Translations under genes and position numbers: made by a program | Shown: piece by piece, positions 50,824 to 60,837 of the stretch | Layout of the letters: every line of letters starts with the position of its first letter | Numbering within the stretch: the stretch's first letter is position 1 | Notes under the pieces: generated by a model | What the model was told of the DNA's origin: nothing | What the model saw: the letters and a program-made list of their open reading frames with translations, nothing else | Databases searched by the model: none | NCBI GenBank assembly: GCA_943368895.1 | Contig: CALRLV020000001.1 | Coordinates: forward strand, 861 to 64,860 | Length of the DNA stretch: 64,000 bases | From: Ferrovibrio terrae | Lineage (GTDB): Bacteria > Pseudomonadota > Alphaproteobacteria > Caulobacterales > Aquidulcibacteraceae | Reading direction: 5' to 3'

Positions 50824-51408
50824 TCAGTTTCGCTCCTGTTCGACAAGTCGAACAACGGCCTCAATAACATCGCATGCATCAGTGCTGAACACGCTTACTT
50901 CGGAAGTATTAGATTTAGGGGACAAAAAGGATTGATTGATAGGACTAGACATAGAATCAATACGGTCAAAACTCGGGTTCTTCAGACCAAAAAAGAATAT
51001 CCTATCATATGGATCAGTCGGACAAGGCCTGCCTGTTTTCGAATCGAGGCCAATAAAATAAGGCTTAAATGCCTTTATCTCGCAATATTGCTTTTCTGAG
51101 ACAAAAGCTGCCAATGCCAAACTGTTCTCTTGCGTGACTTGGTCCCAAGTACGCAGTTCGGTTACACAAGCCCCCTTAGATTCGGGCTTGTATAAATGAA
51201 ACGATTCCTGACCGGTACGGATAACAATGGCCTTCTGTTCTGCGACTAAGGAGCGATCTGTCGAAGGCGTCTTGATCCATGCAGAGTAGCGCTCTTGTGG
51301 AACGTGCCTGCAGTATAGGCCAGTACCTTTTTGCGCAGCTTCCAAACCTCTGCAGGCCGACAGCGCAGTAAACGCCAAGAAAAACAAACTTACCCGACTG
51401 CAGTTCAT
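50824..51408 (-). CDS. Hypothetical lipoprotein
   Basis: LSAC lipobox; AT-richer than its neighbours. Confidence 0.6.
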   Translation of the reverse strand: MNCSRVSLFFLAFTALSACRGLEAAQKGTGLYCRHVPQERYSAWIKTPSTDRSLVAEQKAIVIRTGQESFHLYKPESKGACVTELRTWDQVTQENSLALAAFVSEKQYCEIKAFKPYFIGLDSKTGRPCPTDPYDRIFFFGLKNPSFDRIDSMSSPINQSFLSPKSNTSEVSVFSTDACDVIEAVVRLVEQERN

Positions 51409-51784
51409 TTCGATGTAACCTTTGCGCCAAGTCCGTTGGCATTTTGCAATGCGGTCCGCGCCGTACAGTGCATTTCATCCATGGAATGCACCATGGTCAA
51501 GCAATTCCTGAGATCGTTTATGCGGGGCCTTGGCCCAAAGACTTAGCGCGGTTCAATGCGTCGCTCTGCTTGCCCCGCTCGACTATTGCTATTGCGCAAG
51601 TTCAAACGATGCCTTTGCCTAGGCAGAGCCTATGGCAAAGGCGGTCTAGTTTAAAAGCTAAATCCAAAACGAAGGCGACCGAGCTGGTGCAGTCCTGTCG
51701 GGTTGCACCCTGCGGCACGGCGTGCAGAGATTGGTCTGGCGCATTTCAAACTATCCACATTTCGGCCGCCTCGGCCAAGGTCCC

Positions 51785-52960
51785 TCAAGGTTTGGAGGGA
51801 GCTTCCCCTTCACCTAGTTCGGCGGCGACATCGTCAGCGGTTTTCCAAGCCTGACCGCTTTCAGCCAGACCGAGCCCTAAGTTGAACAAGGATTGCATGC
51901 TGGGCTGATCCATGACGAGAGAGCCTTGATATGGAAAGCCTGGCGGAATCCAGGTTAAGCGCAGCGCCATCTCGTTTCGGGTGGCGAAATAGGCGGTCAG
52001 CGCAATATTTTGTCGTGACCGATAGATTTGATCAATCTCAAAACTACGCGGAATGATGGAGGTGGTTTTGAGGACGCCATTGGCTGGCCCGATTTCGATT
52101 TGACTGTTGAGGATGACGTACAGATTGGCACCCTTAAGGCGGTGAATCGTATCATCGCCTAAGGACATGTTTGCCGGCACGATGAAGAAGGGCACTGCAA
52201 CGCCGCCATCGACATGCATCTCTTGAAAATGCTGGCCGCCACTGTCGACATCAATCAGTTTCGGCGGGAAGACGGCCGGAATTGAGGATGACGCGACCAA
52301 GACATCGATGAAGAGCTTTCGGGCACTTGGTCCACCTTGTTCGGCGATCAGCCCCATGTTCCAAATAGTGGAGGCACCGGTGTCGATATTGGTTGTGGCC
52401 ACCAAGAGCAGCCGCCCTTTCCGGCTTTCGCGTGCGATGGCGTCCATGAATTGGGGGGTAACATGGCTATCAATCCACTCAATGAAATAATCAGTGCGAT
52501 AGAGACTGGTCTGAAACAAGGCGCCAAGCCCTCGACGCACAACCAGTTTGGCGGTTTGGGGTGCCGTATAGATTTCGGTGATGGCTGCGTCCCAATCCGG
52601 CCCCAAGAAGGCGTAAGGGGCGATCAAGGCACCACTGCTCACGCCTGTCACGATCTCAAACTGTGGTCGCATGCCCGCCCGCTGCATCCCCATCAGCATG
52701 CCGACACCGAAAGCGCCGCCTGCGCCGCCGCCTGACAGCGCCATGATATCGATGGAGCCATCGGAAGCCAAAATCGCCTTATTGTACAATGCCGTCACAA
52801 CCCGACTGGCCTGTGGGTCGTAAGAATTGATCCGCACATCGGCTTGGTAATTGGCCGGCGCAACGAGGCTCGAACCGGTGGGCGGCGCGGGTAAGCGGGA
52901 CAGGGTTGCGCAGCCTGCGAGCAAGCCTGCCAAGGCAACAGCTAGGATGTGTCTGATCAC
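51785..52960 (-). CDS. Patatin-like phospholipase, lipoprotein
   Basis: LAGC lipobox, SGGGAGGAF, GVSSG and DGG; GTG start at 52960. Confidence 0.88.
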   Translation of the reverse strand: MIRHILAVALAGLLAGCATLSRLPAPPTGSSLVAPANYQADVRINSYDPQASRVVTALYNKAILASDGSIDIMALSGGGAGGAFGVGMLMGMQRAGMRPQFEIVTGVSSGALIAPYAFLGPDWDAAITEIYTAPQTAKLVVRRGLGALFQTSLYRTDYFIEWIDSHVTPQFMDAIARESRKGRLLLVATTNIDTGASTIWNMGLIAEQGGPSARKLFIDVLVASSSIPAVFPPKLIDVDSGGQHFQEMHVDGGVAVPFFIVPANMSLGDDTIHRLKGANLYVILNSQIEIGPANGVLKTTSIIPRSFEIDQIYRSRQNIALTAYFATRNEMALRLTWIPPGFPYQGSLVMDQPSMQSLFNLGLGLAESGQAWKTADDVAAELGEGEAPSKP

Positions 52961-53094
52961 AGGCTGAAGCCCCCTCACGCGCGATTGGGTGGTGCGGCGC
53001 GGGCAAGCTTTAAAAGGGGTGGCGTGCGCGCCGCTTTGATGGGGATCAAGTCTTCTGCTTAACGGCAGATCCGCACGTCGCCACACCCTTTATC

Positions 53095-53119
53095 GGAACC
53101 AAGAAATGGATGGGGCGTT
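53095..53119 (+). promoter_or_regulatory. EcfG/SigT-type general-stress promoter
   Basis: GGAAC-N16-CGTT about 25 bp before ORF 53144. Confidence 0.75.
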
Positions 53120-53143
53120 CTGACGGCCAGAGGACGATAATAG

Positions 53144-53347
53144 ATGAACCCTGAACCGCCAGACGACATGAGCCGAGATTTGATAATTGTCGCCATTCAG
53201 CCGAGCCCTGATGCCGAGCTCGAGGCTTCCGCTGATGAGATAGGTCCTTTATCCGACTTCATTCGACGTCAACCCGTGCTGACCTTATCGATTGCTTTTG
53301 GCTTGGGCCTCTTGGTCACCAGCCTTCTCGCGCGGAAACGCCCATGA
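53144..53347 (+). CDS. Small protein with C-terminal membrane anchor (ElaB/DUF883-like tail)
   Basis: FIRRQPVLTLSIAFGLGLLV..LL.RK; GAGGA RBS. Confidence 0.6.
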   Translation: MNPEPPDDMSRDLIIVAIQPSPDAELEASADEIGPLSDFIRRQPVLTLSIAFGLGLLVTSLLARKRP

Positions 53348-53790
53348 TCGGTCGCGCCATACCTTTGCGCGTCTTTGCCGTGATATTTGCTCTGGCCTGT
53401 GCGATCTTCCTGATCATTGCTGGCTATCGCGCTTTGTTGGTTTATGCGGGGCCGCTTCTGGCCCCCGTCGCGATGGCCGCATGCTGCGGGATTGCAGCCC
53501 TTAGCCTGCTTGGACTGACCCAGCTGCGCGCCAGCCGCCGCAAGGTGCGCTTACAAGCAGTCGTCGCGAATTTGATTGATCACAAGCCGATGGCTGCCTT
53601 AGCGGCAGCGCTTGTCGCGGGTGCCGCCGCGCGCTTTGGCATTGAGCCCGAAGACTTGTTCCCGATCTTTGAGGCCTTTGTCCCAGATCATTTCGAATCC
53701 GAAACAACTGAAGCGGCGCCATCGCAACCCACGTCACCTGCTCCACAAGAATACTCCAGCCCACCCCAAGCAAGCATCCATCAGGAATAG
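53344..53790 (+). CDS. Hypothetical membrane protein
   Basis: Two to three TM segments; ATGA coupling to the previous gene. Confidence 0.6.
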   Translation: MIGRAIPLRVFAVIFALACAIFLIIAGYRALLVYAGPLLAPVAMAACCGIAALSLLGLTQLRASRRKVRLQAVVANLIDHKPMAALAAALVAGAAARFGIEPEDLFPIFEAFVPDHFESETTEAAPSQPTSPAPQEYSSPPQASIHQE

Positions 53791-53795
53791 TTATT

Positions 53796-54182
53796 ATGTC
53801 CAATTCAAACGAAAAACTTGTCGCCGGCATCACCGCCCTTATTCCCATCGCCGTGGACGCCTTTAAAGGCGATCATATGGACCGGCAGGTCGATGCGATT
53901 CTGACCAATACGAAAGTGCGCGATATCGGGTCGCGCTTGGCCAGCCAGACCGAAAAAAACATCCAAGATAGGGTCAAAAGCAATAAATTTACCCGCCAAG
54001 TCGCGGCGCAGTTTCGACCTCGTCAATCGGCCGCGCCGGCGATTGTGGCCGGCCTAGTCGTTGTTGTAGCAGCTGGATTTGTCTTTGCTTATTTTCAGCG
54101 ACGCAAGACCGCGAAAGCGGGAAAGCCCGCAGAAAAACCGGCTCCTGCCAAGGGTGACGAGGCTGTTAGCATGGCAGATTAG
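53796..54182 (+). CDS. Hypothetical membrane-anchored protein
   Basis: 128 aa with one TM segment; AGGAA RBS. Confidence 0.6.
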   Translation: MSNSNEKLVAGITALIPIAVDAFKGDHMDRQVDAILTNTKVRDIGSRLASQTEKNIQDRVKSNKFTRQVAAQFRPRQSAAPAIVAGLVVVVAAGFVFAYFQRRKTAKAGKPAEKPAPAKGDEAVSMAD

Positions 54183-54250
54183 GGCAAGCGCCGCACTTGG
54201 CCTTGGCCACACATCTAGGTGTGTCTGCACGGCAAAACCTCCCCCAAGAA

Positions 54251-54275
54251 GGAACGGCCAACCTGCTGGCGCGTT
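54251..54275 (+). promoter_or_regulatory. EcfG/SigT-type general-stress promoter
   Basis: GGAAC-N16-CGTT upstream of the PRC-barrel gene. Confidence 0.75.
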
Positions 54276-54323
54276 CTTAAGGGGAGCAAGGCTGCTCTTC
54301 AATCAAAGCAAGGACTATCTGGT

Positions 54324-54623
54324 ATGGACCACAGCAAACACATCCGCCCCATCGAATCCGAACTCAACGCCGCAACACTTGATGATGCCACCGTCTACGG
54401 TGCCGACGATGCCAAGATTGGGAAAGTATCCCATGTGCATGGCATGGGCATGACGGGCGACGTCATTGTCGATGTCGGCGGCTTCTTAGGGTTAGGCACT
54501 AAGCCTGTCTCTCTCAAGATTAATCAATTGGATTTCATGCGGGACGAGCACGGTCACGTCCATGCCACAACGACATGGACCAAGGCACAAGTAGAAGCTT
54601 TGCCACAGCACATGCATTCCTAA
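54324..54623 (+). CDS. PRC-barrel domain protein
   Basis: VYGADDAKIGKV and VIVDVGGFLGLG.KPV motifs. Confidence 0.85.
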   Translation: MDHSKHIRPIESELNAATLDDATVYGADDAKIGKVSHVHGMGMTGDVIVDVGGFLGLGTKPVSLKINQLDFMRDEHGHVHATTTWTKAQVEALPQHMHS

Positions 54624-54638
54624 ACCAACAAACTAAAG

Positions 54639-54674
54639 CGCCGCGCCGGAATTTTCCAACGGCGCGGCGTCGTT
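54639..54674 (+). terminator. Hairpin terminator
   Basis: CGCCGCGCCG/CGGCGCGGCG stem; weak U tract. Confidence 0.5.
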
Positions 54675-54812
54675 CGACTGAGGCGCTCTGCGCGCGCAAT
54701 CTGGCTTTGCCCTGCACAGTTTCTGCACAGCCAATCCATAGCATCCCAATCGCACACGCATCCGCTCTGCAAATCAGTACGTCACAACGGGCGCTCTAAC
54801 GGCAAGGAGCGC

Positions 54813-56390
54813 GTGATGGATCGATTTGACGTAGTGAAGCGGCATGGCTTTTTGGTAAAGCTGGCAACGGCCGCGATTTTGGTTCTGATGTGGGACTGGA
54901 TGTTCTGGCAACAGGGCTTTGGCTTAGGAAACTTCGGGCTCTTTGGCTTAGCCCTGCTCACGGGCCTTATACTTGTGCGGCCCACAATCATGTCCACGCG
55001 ACACGGGATTGGCGCAGTTGTCGCCAGCGGAATCTATTGCGCAGCGATCTTTCTGCACGGCAGCCTGTTGTCCTTTATTTTATTCTGGACAGCGATCAGC
55101 ATCGCCGCATTGATCCCGTTTTCCAGCCACTTGAAAGATGGTTGGCAATGGTTCGGGCGCTTGGCTGTCCATGGGGTGGCCTCACCCTTCTCGCCGCTAA
55201 CCGATGCGGCTCGGATCACCAAAGCACGCAAGAGGTCTCCCAAGTCCCAGCTGAATGCGCAGGAAATCCTGCGTTTGTTGGCACTGCCTGTTTTAGGTGG
55301 CGGACTGTTCTTGGCGCTGTTTGTTCAAGCCAACCCTGTGCTGGAGCATCTGTTTGCGCAACTCTCATTTCCTGCCGTCAATGGTGAGCTTTTCGGCCGC
55401 ACGCTGATTGGCTTTGTGATCGGCACAATGATTTGGACCCTGTTCCGGCCGTGGCGTCGCAGAGGGCCAAGAGCTGAAACCCCAGTGGCCGCACTTGCGT
55501 CGTTCAAGTCGCCATCCTTGGCGAGCCTACTTTTGTCGCTCTTCGTGTTTAACGGTCTATTCTTGATGCAGAACGGCATGGACCTCGCATTCATGAGCGG
55601 CCTTGTACCCCTGCCCGATGAACTGACTTTGGCCCAATATGCCCACCGGGGTGCTTATCCCCTGATCGTCACGGCCCTACTGGCCGGACTATTTGTCCTG
55701 GTGTTGATGTCACCGGGCAGCGAAGCCGCACAAAACAAGCTGGCGCGACGGCTGGTGAGCGCTTGGATCGGGCAAAATGTTTTATTGGTCACCTCCTCAG
55801 TCATTCGGACCTGGGACTATGTTGAGGCCTATAGCCTAACCGAGATGAGGATTGCCGCTTTGGCTTGGATGGTGCTGGTTGGATTCGGATTGGCCTTGAT
55901 TTGCTGGCGGCTTTTATCTGCCAAATCGGGAGGCTGGCTGATCAATGCAAACCTGTGGGCTGTTGGGCTTGTCCTGACGGGCTTTTGCTTCGTCGATACA
56001 CGCACTCTTGCCGCCCAGTGGAATGTGACCCATGCCAAAGAGGCTGGCGGCCGAGGCGTTGAGCTGGATCTGTGCTACATGGGCACTTTGGGCTCTGGTG
56101 CCATTCTGCCACTGGTATCGCTCGAACAACGGCCTTTGTCGGCTGAGTTTCAAAAGCGCCTTAGGTTTGTCCGGGAGACCATTCAGCGCCAAGAAGAATC
56201 GGCATTGCACGATAGGGCGTGGACTTGGAGCCTTAATCATAATGTCGCCAATGCACGGCGGGCCGTAGCAAGTCTGCCGCCGCTTGACTTGGGCCCAGGA
56301 GACCGGGACTGCGATGGCAAGGTAATCGTCAATTCAGGGCCAAACCCAGCCTCCAGCTATAATCCCGAATCCGCATCCCCCTTGAATTGA
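54813..56390 (+). CDS. DUF4173/DUF4153 multi-pass membrane protein
   Basis: LF..ANP, YAHRGAYPL, YV.AYSLT..R and LDLCY motifs. Confidence 0.78.
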   Translation: MMDRFDVVKRHGFLVKLATAAILVLMWDWMFWQQGFGLGNFGLFGLALLTGLILVRPTIMSTRHGIGAVVASGIYCAAIFLHGSLLSFILFWTAISIAALIPFSSHLKDGWQWFGRLAVHGVASPFSPLTDAARITKARKRSPKSQLNAQEILRLLALPVLGGGLFLALFVQANPVLEHLFAQLSFPAVNGELFGRTLIGFVIGTMIWTLFRPWRRRGPRAETPVAALASFKSPSLASLLLSLFVFNGLFLMQNGMDLAFMSGLVPLPDELTLAQYAHRGAYPLIVTALLAGLFVLVLMSPGSEAAQNKLARRLVSAWIGQNVLLVTSSVIRTWDYVEAYSLTEMRIAALAWMVLVGFGLALICWRLLSAKSGGWLINANLWAVGLVLTGFCFVDTRTLAAQWNVTHAKEAGGRGVELDLCYMGTLGSGAILPLVSLEQRPLSAEFQKRLRFVRETIQRQEESALHDRAWTWSLNHNVANARRAVASLPPLDLGPGDRDCDGKVIVNSGPNPASSYNPESASPLN

Positions 56391-56408
56391 CATCCAGAGC
56401 CGGACGCG

Positions 56409-57164
56409 ATGAACATGGAACGCATGGACCAAACAATTCTTGTCGTGGATGACGACCCACATATTCGACAGCTCTTGGTGTTTGCGCTGGCGAAGGCGGG
56501 GTATCAAACACGTGAGGCAGAGAATGGGGCAATAGCCCTGGAAATGGTCGCCACTGACAGTCCAGACTTGATGATTTTGGACATCACCATGCCAACCATG
56601 GATGGGTTGGAAGTTTGCCGCCGGGTTCGAGCCCAAAGCAATCTTCCAATCCTATTTCTCTCCAGCCGCGATGATGAGGTTGATCGCATTGTCGGGATCG
56701 AGCTTGGCGGCGATGATTATGTGGTGAAACCATTCTCGCCACGCGAAGTGGTAGCCCGGGTGGGCGGCATTTTAAGGCGGGCGGCTAGCCCGTCTTTACC
56801 TAGCCATCCAGTCACCTCTACCCACAGCATCACCGTCGGTTCGGCTGGGCCGATCCTGCGCCATGGAGATGCGCGCCTAGATTTCGACAACTGGTCGGCT
56901 TATTGGCTCGATCATCAGGTCCCCGTGACGGCAACCGAATTCACCTTGCTACGAACCTTGATGCAAGCCCCAACCCGCGTGTTCAGCCGAGATCAATTGA
57001 TTGATCGATTGCATGGCCCGGGCTTTGCCGTTTCAGATCGCACCATCGACAGCCATGTTCGCAATGTGCGGCGTAAGTTTGCCGAAGTCGGCTGCCCCAA
57101 TATCATCGAGACGCGGCCAGCCATTGGCTATGCGATCGGCAGCTGTTCGCGCGCCACATCGTGA
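56409..57164 (+). CDS. OmpR-family response regulator (CreB-like)
   Basis: VVDDD, LDITMP, KPFSPRE and DRTIDSHVRNVR. Confidence 0.92.
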   Translation: MNMERMDQTILVVDDDPHIRQLLVFALAKAGYQTREAENGAIALEMVATDSPDLMILDITMPTMDGLEVCRRVRAQSNLPILFLSSRDDEVDRIVGIELGGDDYVVKPFSPREVVARVGGILRRAASPSLPSHPVTSTHSITVGSAGPILRHGDARLDFDNWSAYWLDHQVPVTATEFTLLRTLMQAPTRVFSRDQLIDRLHGPGFAVSDRTIDSHVRNVRRKFAEVGCPNIIETRPAIGYAIGSCSRATS

Positions 57165-58831
57165 TTGGGCCGCTGAAATCCCTGATTGTCCGCTTTTGGC
57201 CGATACTACGGCTTCGAACGATTTTGTTTGGCGTGATGTTGTTTGTTGCGGCTTTGCCCGGACTCAGCGCCATTTTCTTGCGCGTCTATGAGAATGCCCT
57301 CGTCCGGCGGACCGAAGCTGAGCTCATCGCTCAAAGTGCAGCCATTGCGGCAGCGGCGGCCATCGTGTGGCCGGTTGCGCCATTAAGTGCTCCAGCGCCC
57401 GCCTCTGCGCGCTCTGCCGCGACAGACCGGGCTCCCCCGCAAGCCTATCCCGACCGCGGCAGTGGCGACCCCTATCAAACACGTGAGACGCAGGGCGTTG
57501 AGGATGTCTCCACCGCAATTGATCTGCGCGCCTCGCCCATTCTGCCAGAGCGACCCAAGGCCGCGCCGCTCACAGCACCACCGGAACAAGATGCGCTTGA
57601 AGCCGCGCGGCGCTTGGGCCCCGCAATCGAAGAAACCAAGCGGGTGACGCTCTCCTCCATCCTGTTGCTGGACGGCAATGGGGCGTTGCTAAACTTCCCC
57701 GGTCGCCAAGGTAGCTATCAATTTTTGCCCGAGGTGAAAGAGGCGTTGGCAGGACGGCCCCAAACCGTGTTGCGCCTGAATACCACTTATCATCGTCGCA
57801 CCTTCTTGGAGATCTTCAGTCAGGCCGCCAATATCCGCCTCCACCATGCAAGACCCATCCGGGTTAGGGGTCAGGTGGTTGGGGTTGTCTTGGTATCGCG
57901 CTCACCGCGCGCCTTGCTGCGCGGCATCTATGAGGATCGCGGCAAGATTGCGTTTGGCGTCATTGGGATATTTGTCTTGCTGATCGGGCTTTCGGCGATC
58001 CTTGGCCGCGCGATTGTTCGGCCCTTAGAGTCTCTGTCGGCTGCCAGCCGCGCCTTGGCAAAGGGCAAGCGTGAAATACCCATGGGATCGGCACTTCAAG
58101 TCGTGGAAATCCGCACCCTCTATGAAGACTTTGACGCCATGGCCCAAAGCATTGATCAGCGCTCTCGCTATTTGCGCGACTTTGCAGCCTCTGTCAGCCA
58201 TGAGTTCAAAACGCCCTTGGCCGGATTGCGCGGCGCGATTGAGCTTTTACAAGATCATGAAGCCACAATGTCTGCTGAGGAGCGGGCAACATTTCTCACT
58301 AATATGGCAGCCGATACTGGCCGATTATCCCACCTTGTTTCGCGCCTCTTGGATTTGGCACGGGCGGATATGCAAGCCGTCGAGTCCGACGCCGCGACCA
58401 AAATTGTCGACGCATTGGCCGTCGTCGCGGACAGTTTGTCGAGTGAGCACTTCTTTATCCTTGGACCAGAGGGCCGGGCGGCGGCAGCCGCTGCTGCCGC
58501 TATGGATCGACCGACCTTAGAAGCCATTTTGATGACACTCTTGGAGAATGCCCGTCAGGCCGGGGCAACGCGGGTTGAGGTCTTCCTCGACCAGTTTCAG
58601 GACATGGTGGAAATTCGCCTCGCCAATGATGGTCCCTTGATCCCGGATGCCGACAAAGACCGCATTTTCGAACCCTTCTTCACCAGTAAGCGCGCAAGCG
58701 GCGGCACGGGCATCGGCCTCTCCATCGCGCGATCACTCGCGCGGGGATATGGTGGCAGCCTTGACCTCGCCTCAGAGGACAGAAAGGTGACCTTTGTTTT
58801 GCGGCTACCTGTGGCCCGGCCACACCGCTAA
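57161..58831 (+). CDS. Sensor histidine kinase (CreC-like)
   Basis: HAMP domain, SHEFKTPL H-box, LLENA, FFTSK and GGTGIGL. Confidence 0.92.
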   Translation: MIGPLKSLIVRFWPILRLRTILFGVMLFVAALPGLSAIFLRVYENALVRRTEAELIAQSAAIAAAAAIVWPVAPLSAPAPASARSAATDRAPPQAYPDRGSGDPYQTRETQGVEDVSTAIDLRASPILPERPKAAPLTAPPEQDALEAARRLGPAIEETKRVTLSSILLLDGNGALLNFPGRQGSYQFLPEVKEALAGRPQTVLRLNTTYHRRTFLEIFSQAANIRLHHARPIRVRGQVVGVVLVSRSPRALLRGIYEDRGKIAFGVIGIFVLLIGLSAILGRAIVRPLESLSAASRALAKGKREIPMGSALQVVEIRTLYEDFDAMAQSIDQRSRYLRDFAASVSHEFKTPLAGLRGAIELLQDHEATMSAEERATFLTNMAADTGRLSHLVSRLLDLARADMQAVESDAATKIVDALAVVADSLSSEHFFILGPEGRAAAAAAAAMDRPTLEAILMTLLENARQAGATRVEVFLDQFQDMVEIRLANDGPLIPDADKDRIFEPFFTSKRASGGTGIGLSIARSLARGYGGSLDLASEDRKVTFVLRLPVARPHR

Positions 58832-58887
58832 AATCTTAAGATTAGCCGCTAGCTCATGGGCAAAAGTAAGCCCCCAAGCCAACGACC

Positions 58888-59757
58888 CTAAACCTTCCAG
58901 GCGCCCTTAAAGTCCTGCGCATAGGCGGCAAAGGTTCGCGGCTTTGCGCCTGTAATGGTCTCCACAGCTGGGGTAATGGCCTCAGAATAGCCCGCCTTGA
59001 AGAAGCCGAGGATGGTGAGCAGGAAATGGGCATAGTCTTGCGGCAAGCCAGCGGCGAGAAGCTGGGCCAGCATCGCCTCCTCGGAAACCTCTTCATAGAC
59101 GATGGTCCGGCCAGTGGCGTTTGACAGCAGGGCTGCGGCTTCGTCATGATCGAGCGCCTCACCCCCGGTCAGATCAAACTCCTGATTGCCGAGATCATTG
59201 CGGGTCAAGAGCGATGCCGCCACCGCCGCAATATCGCGCGCATCGATAAAGCTGCCTTTGGCTTTGCCGACCGGCAATAGGATTTTGCCCTGCTCCAAAA
59301 TGCCCTGAATCCAAAACGTGTGGAAGTTCTGCATGAACCAATTAGGGCGGATGATGTTATAGGCTAGGCCCGATTGCTCGAGGTGACGCTCCACCTGTCG
59401 CAAGGGCGCGGCCTCGTCGGCATTGGCCCCCATCGCCGTCATCAGCACAATCTTTTTGGCCCCACTGGCGAATGCTTGGTCAATCACCGGATTGAGCAGC
59501 TCGTTTTGGTTGGTATAGCCCGGCGGCGAGAGCAAGAAAGCGGCCTCCACGCCTGCAAAGGCGGCGGCAAGCCCTTCGCCCGTAACCAGATTGAGGTGGA
59601 CCTCTTGGGCAGTCGTCGGCGTGCGACTGGTGGTGCGCACGACGTCATGGCCCTGCTCCGACAAAAGACGAACCAATTCCGTCCCGACCGTACCATTCGC
59701 ACCGATCACAAGTATCTTGGACATAGTCATTTTCCTTCCTGAGTTGGTGGCTTGCAT
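58888..59757 (-). CDS. NmrA-family NAD(P)-binding oxidoreductase
   Basis: GANGTVG, RPNWFMQN and IDARDIA; real start probably about 59730 or 59724. Confidence 0.88.
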   Translation of the reverse strand: MQATNSGRKMTMSKILVIGANGTVGTELVRLLSEQGHDVVRTTSRTPTTAQEVHLNLVTGEGLAAAFAGVEAAFLLSPPGYTNQNELLNPVIDQAFASGAKKIVLMTAMGANADEAAPLRQVERHLEQSGLAYNIIRPNWFMQNFHTFWIQGILEQGKILLPVGKAKGSFIDARDIAAVAASLLTRNDLGNQEFDLTGGEALDHDEAAALLSNATGRTIVYEEVSEEAMLAQLLAAGLPQDYAHFLLTILGFFKAGYSEAITPAVETITGAKPRTFAAYAQDFKGAWKV

Positions 59758-59855
59758 TTAGTCGGATGGAATAGGATGATGAATGGCTAAAATACTAAAT
59801 TTCATGTCAATGCGTCCGGCCAAATGCTGAACATACGCGTGAAAAGGCAAATACG

Positions 59856-60806
59856 ATGGACCTTCTAACAGACATTTTGCACGAGGCAGGTCTCAAGCGC
59901 CGCCTGTTGGACCTCCGCACTTTAGACGCCCAAACAGCTCTGCAGTTTCCGTGCGAGAAAAGCATGGGTCTGCATGTCGTCACACGTGGGCGGGCCTATA
60001 TTCACTCGGCCAGCTTGCAAGAACCCATTGCGCTGGAGGCAGGCTCAGTTGTCTTGATGGCGCGCGGATGCACCCATGTGCTCAGCACCTCGCCCAGCTT
60101 TGACCCCGCCAAGGTCCGTTCCGTTACGGGCGACTTGGCCGCCACACCCTTGTCTTATAGCCCCTCACCCAGTGTTAGCACGTTGATCAGCGGGGCCTAT
60201 CAATTCTGGCATGACCCAGTCCACGCCCTGTTCCGCGAGATTCCAGACTGGTTTGTGCTGGACAGCCAAAGCCTGTCCAAATTCCATCCCCTCACCTTGA
60301 CGATTGGCCTGTTGGACGAGGAATTGAACAAGCCCTCCATGGGTGGGCAGACCATTATTTATGGCTTGCTCGATGTGATCTTCACCTATCTGGTGCGCGA
60401 GATGGTGGCTCAACAGGGCCATGCCCGCGCGGGCTGGAGCCAAGGGGTCGCCGATCTACAGATACGCAAGGCTGTGACCATTATGCATGAAGACCCCGCC
60501 TATGCTTGGACTCTGGAAGAACTTGCCAAGCACGCGGGCCTGTCGCGTACCCTATTGGCCGAGCGGTTTCGCCGCACGATGGGCGACACGCCTCTGAGCT
60601 ATCTGCGTAGCCTTCGCGTGCAAAGGGCCATGACTCTTCTGTCTGAAGCTGACCACTCACTAGAAAATGTCGCGCGCGCCTTGGGGTTCAGCGACGCCTT
60701 CAGCTTCTCCAAAGTCTTCAAAAAGTTCGTCGGCAAATCCCCCCGCGACTTCCGCCGTCAGGCCAAGCTGGACCAGACCTCGCCTTGGAAGTTAAGCGCG
60801 GGGTGA
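59856..60806 (+). CDS. AraC-family regulator with cupin N-domain
   Basis: WTLEELAKHAGLSR and FSKVFKKFVGKSP; divergent from the NmrA gene. Confidence 0.9.
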   Translation: MDLLTDILHEAGLKRRLLDLRTLDAQTALQFPCEKSMGLHVVTRGRAYIHSASLQEPIALEAGSVVLMARGCTHVLSTSPSFDPAKVRSVTGDLAATPLSYSPSPSVSTLISGAYQFWHDPVHALFREIPDWFVLDSQSLSKFHPLTLTIGLLDEELNKPSMGGQTIIYGLLDVIFTYLVREMVAQQGHARAGWSQGVADLQIRKAVTIMHEDPAYAWTLEELAKHAGLSRTLLAERFRRTMGDTPLSYLRSLRVQRAMTLLSEADHSLENVARALGFSDAFSFSKVFKKFVGKSPRDFRRQAKLDQTSPWKLSAG

Positions 60807-60837
60807 GGGGCGCGCGATCGATGTGGCGGAGAGCAGT

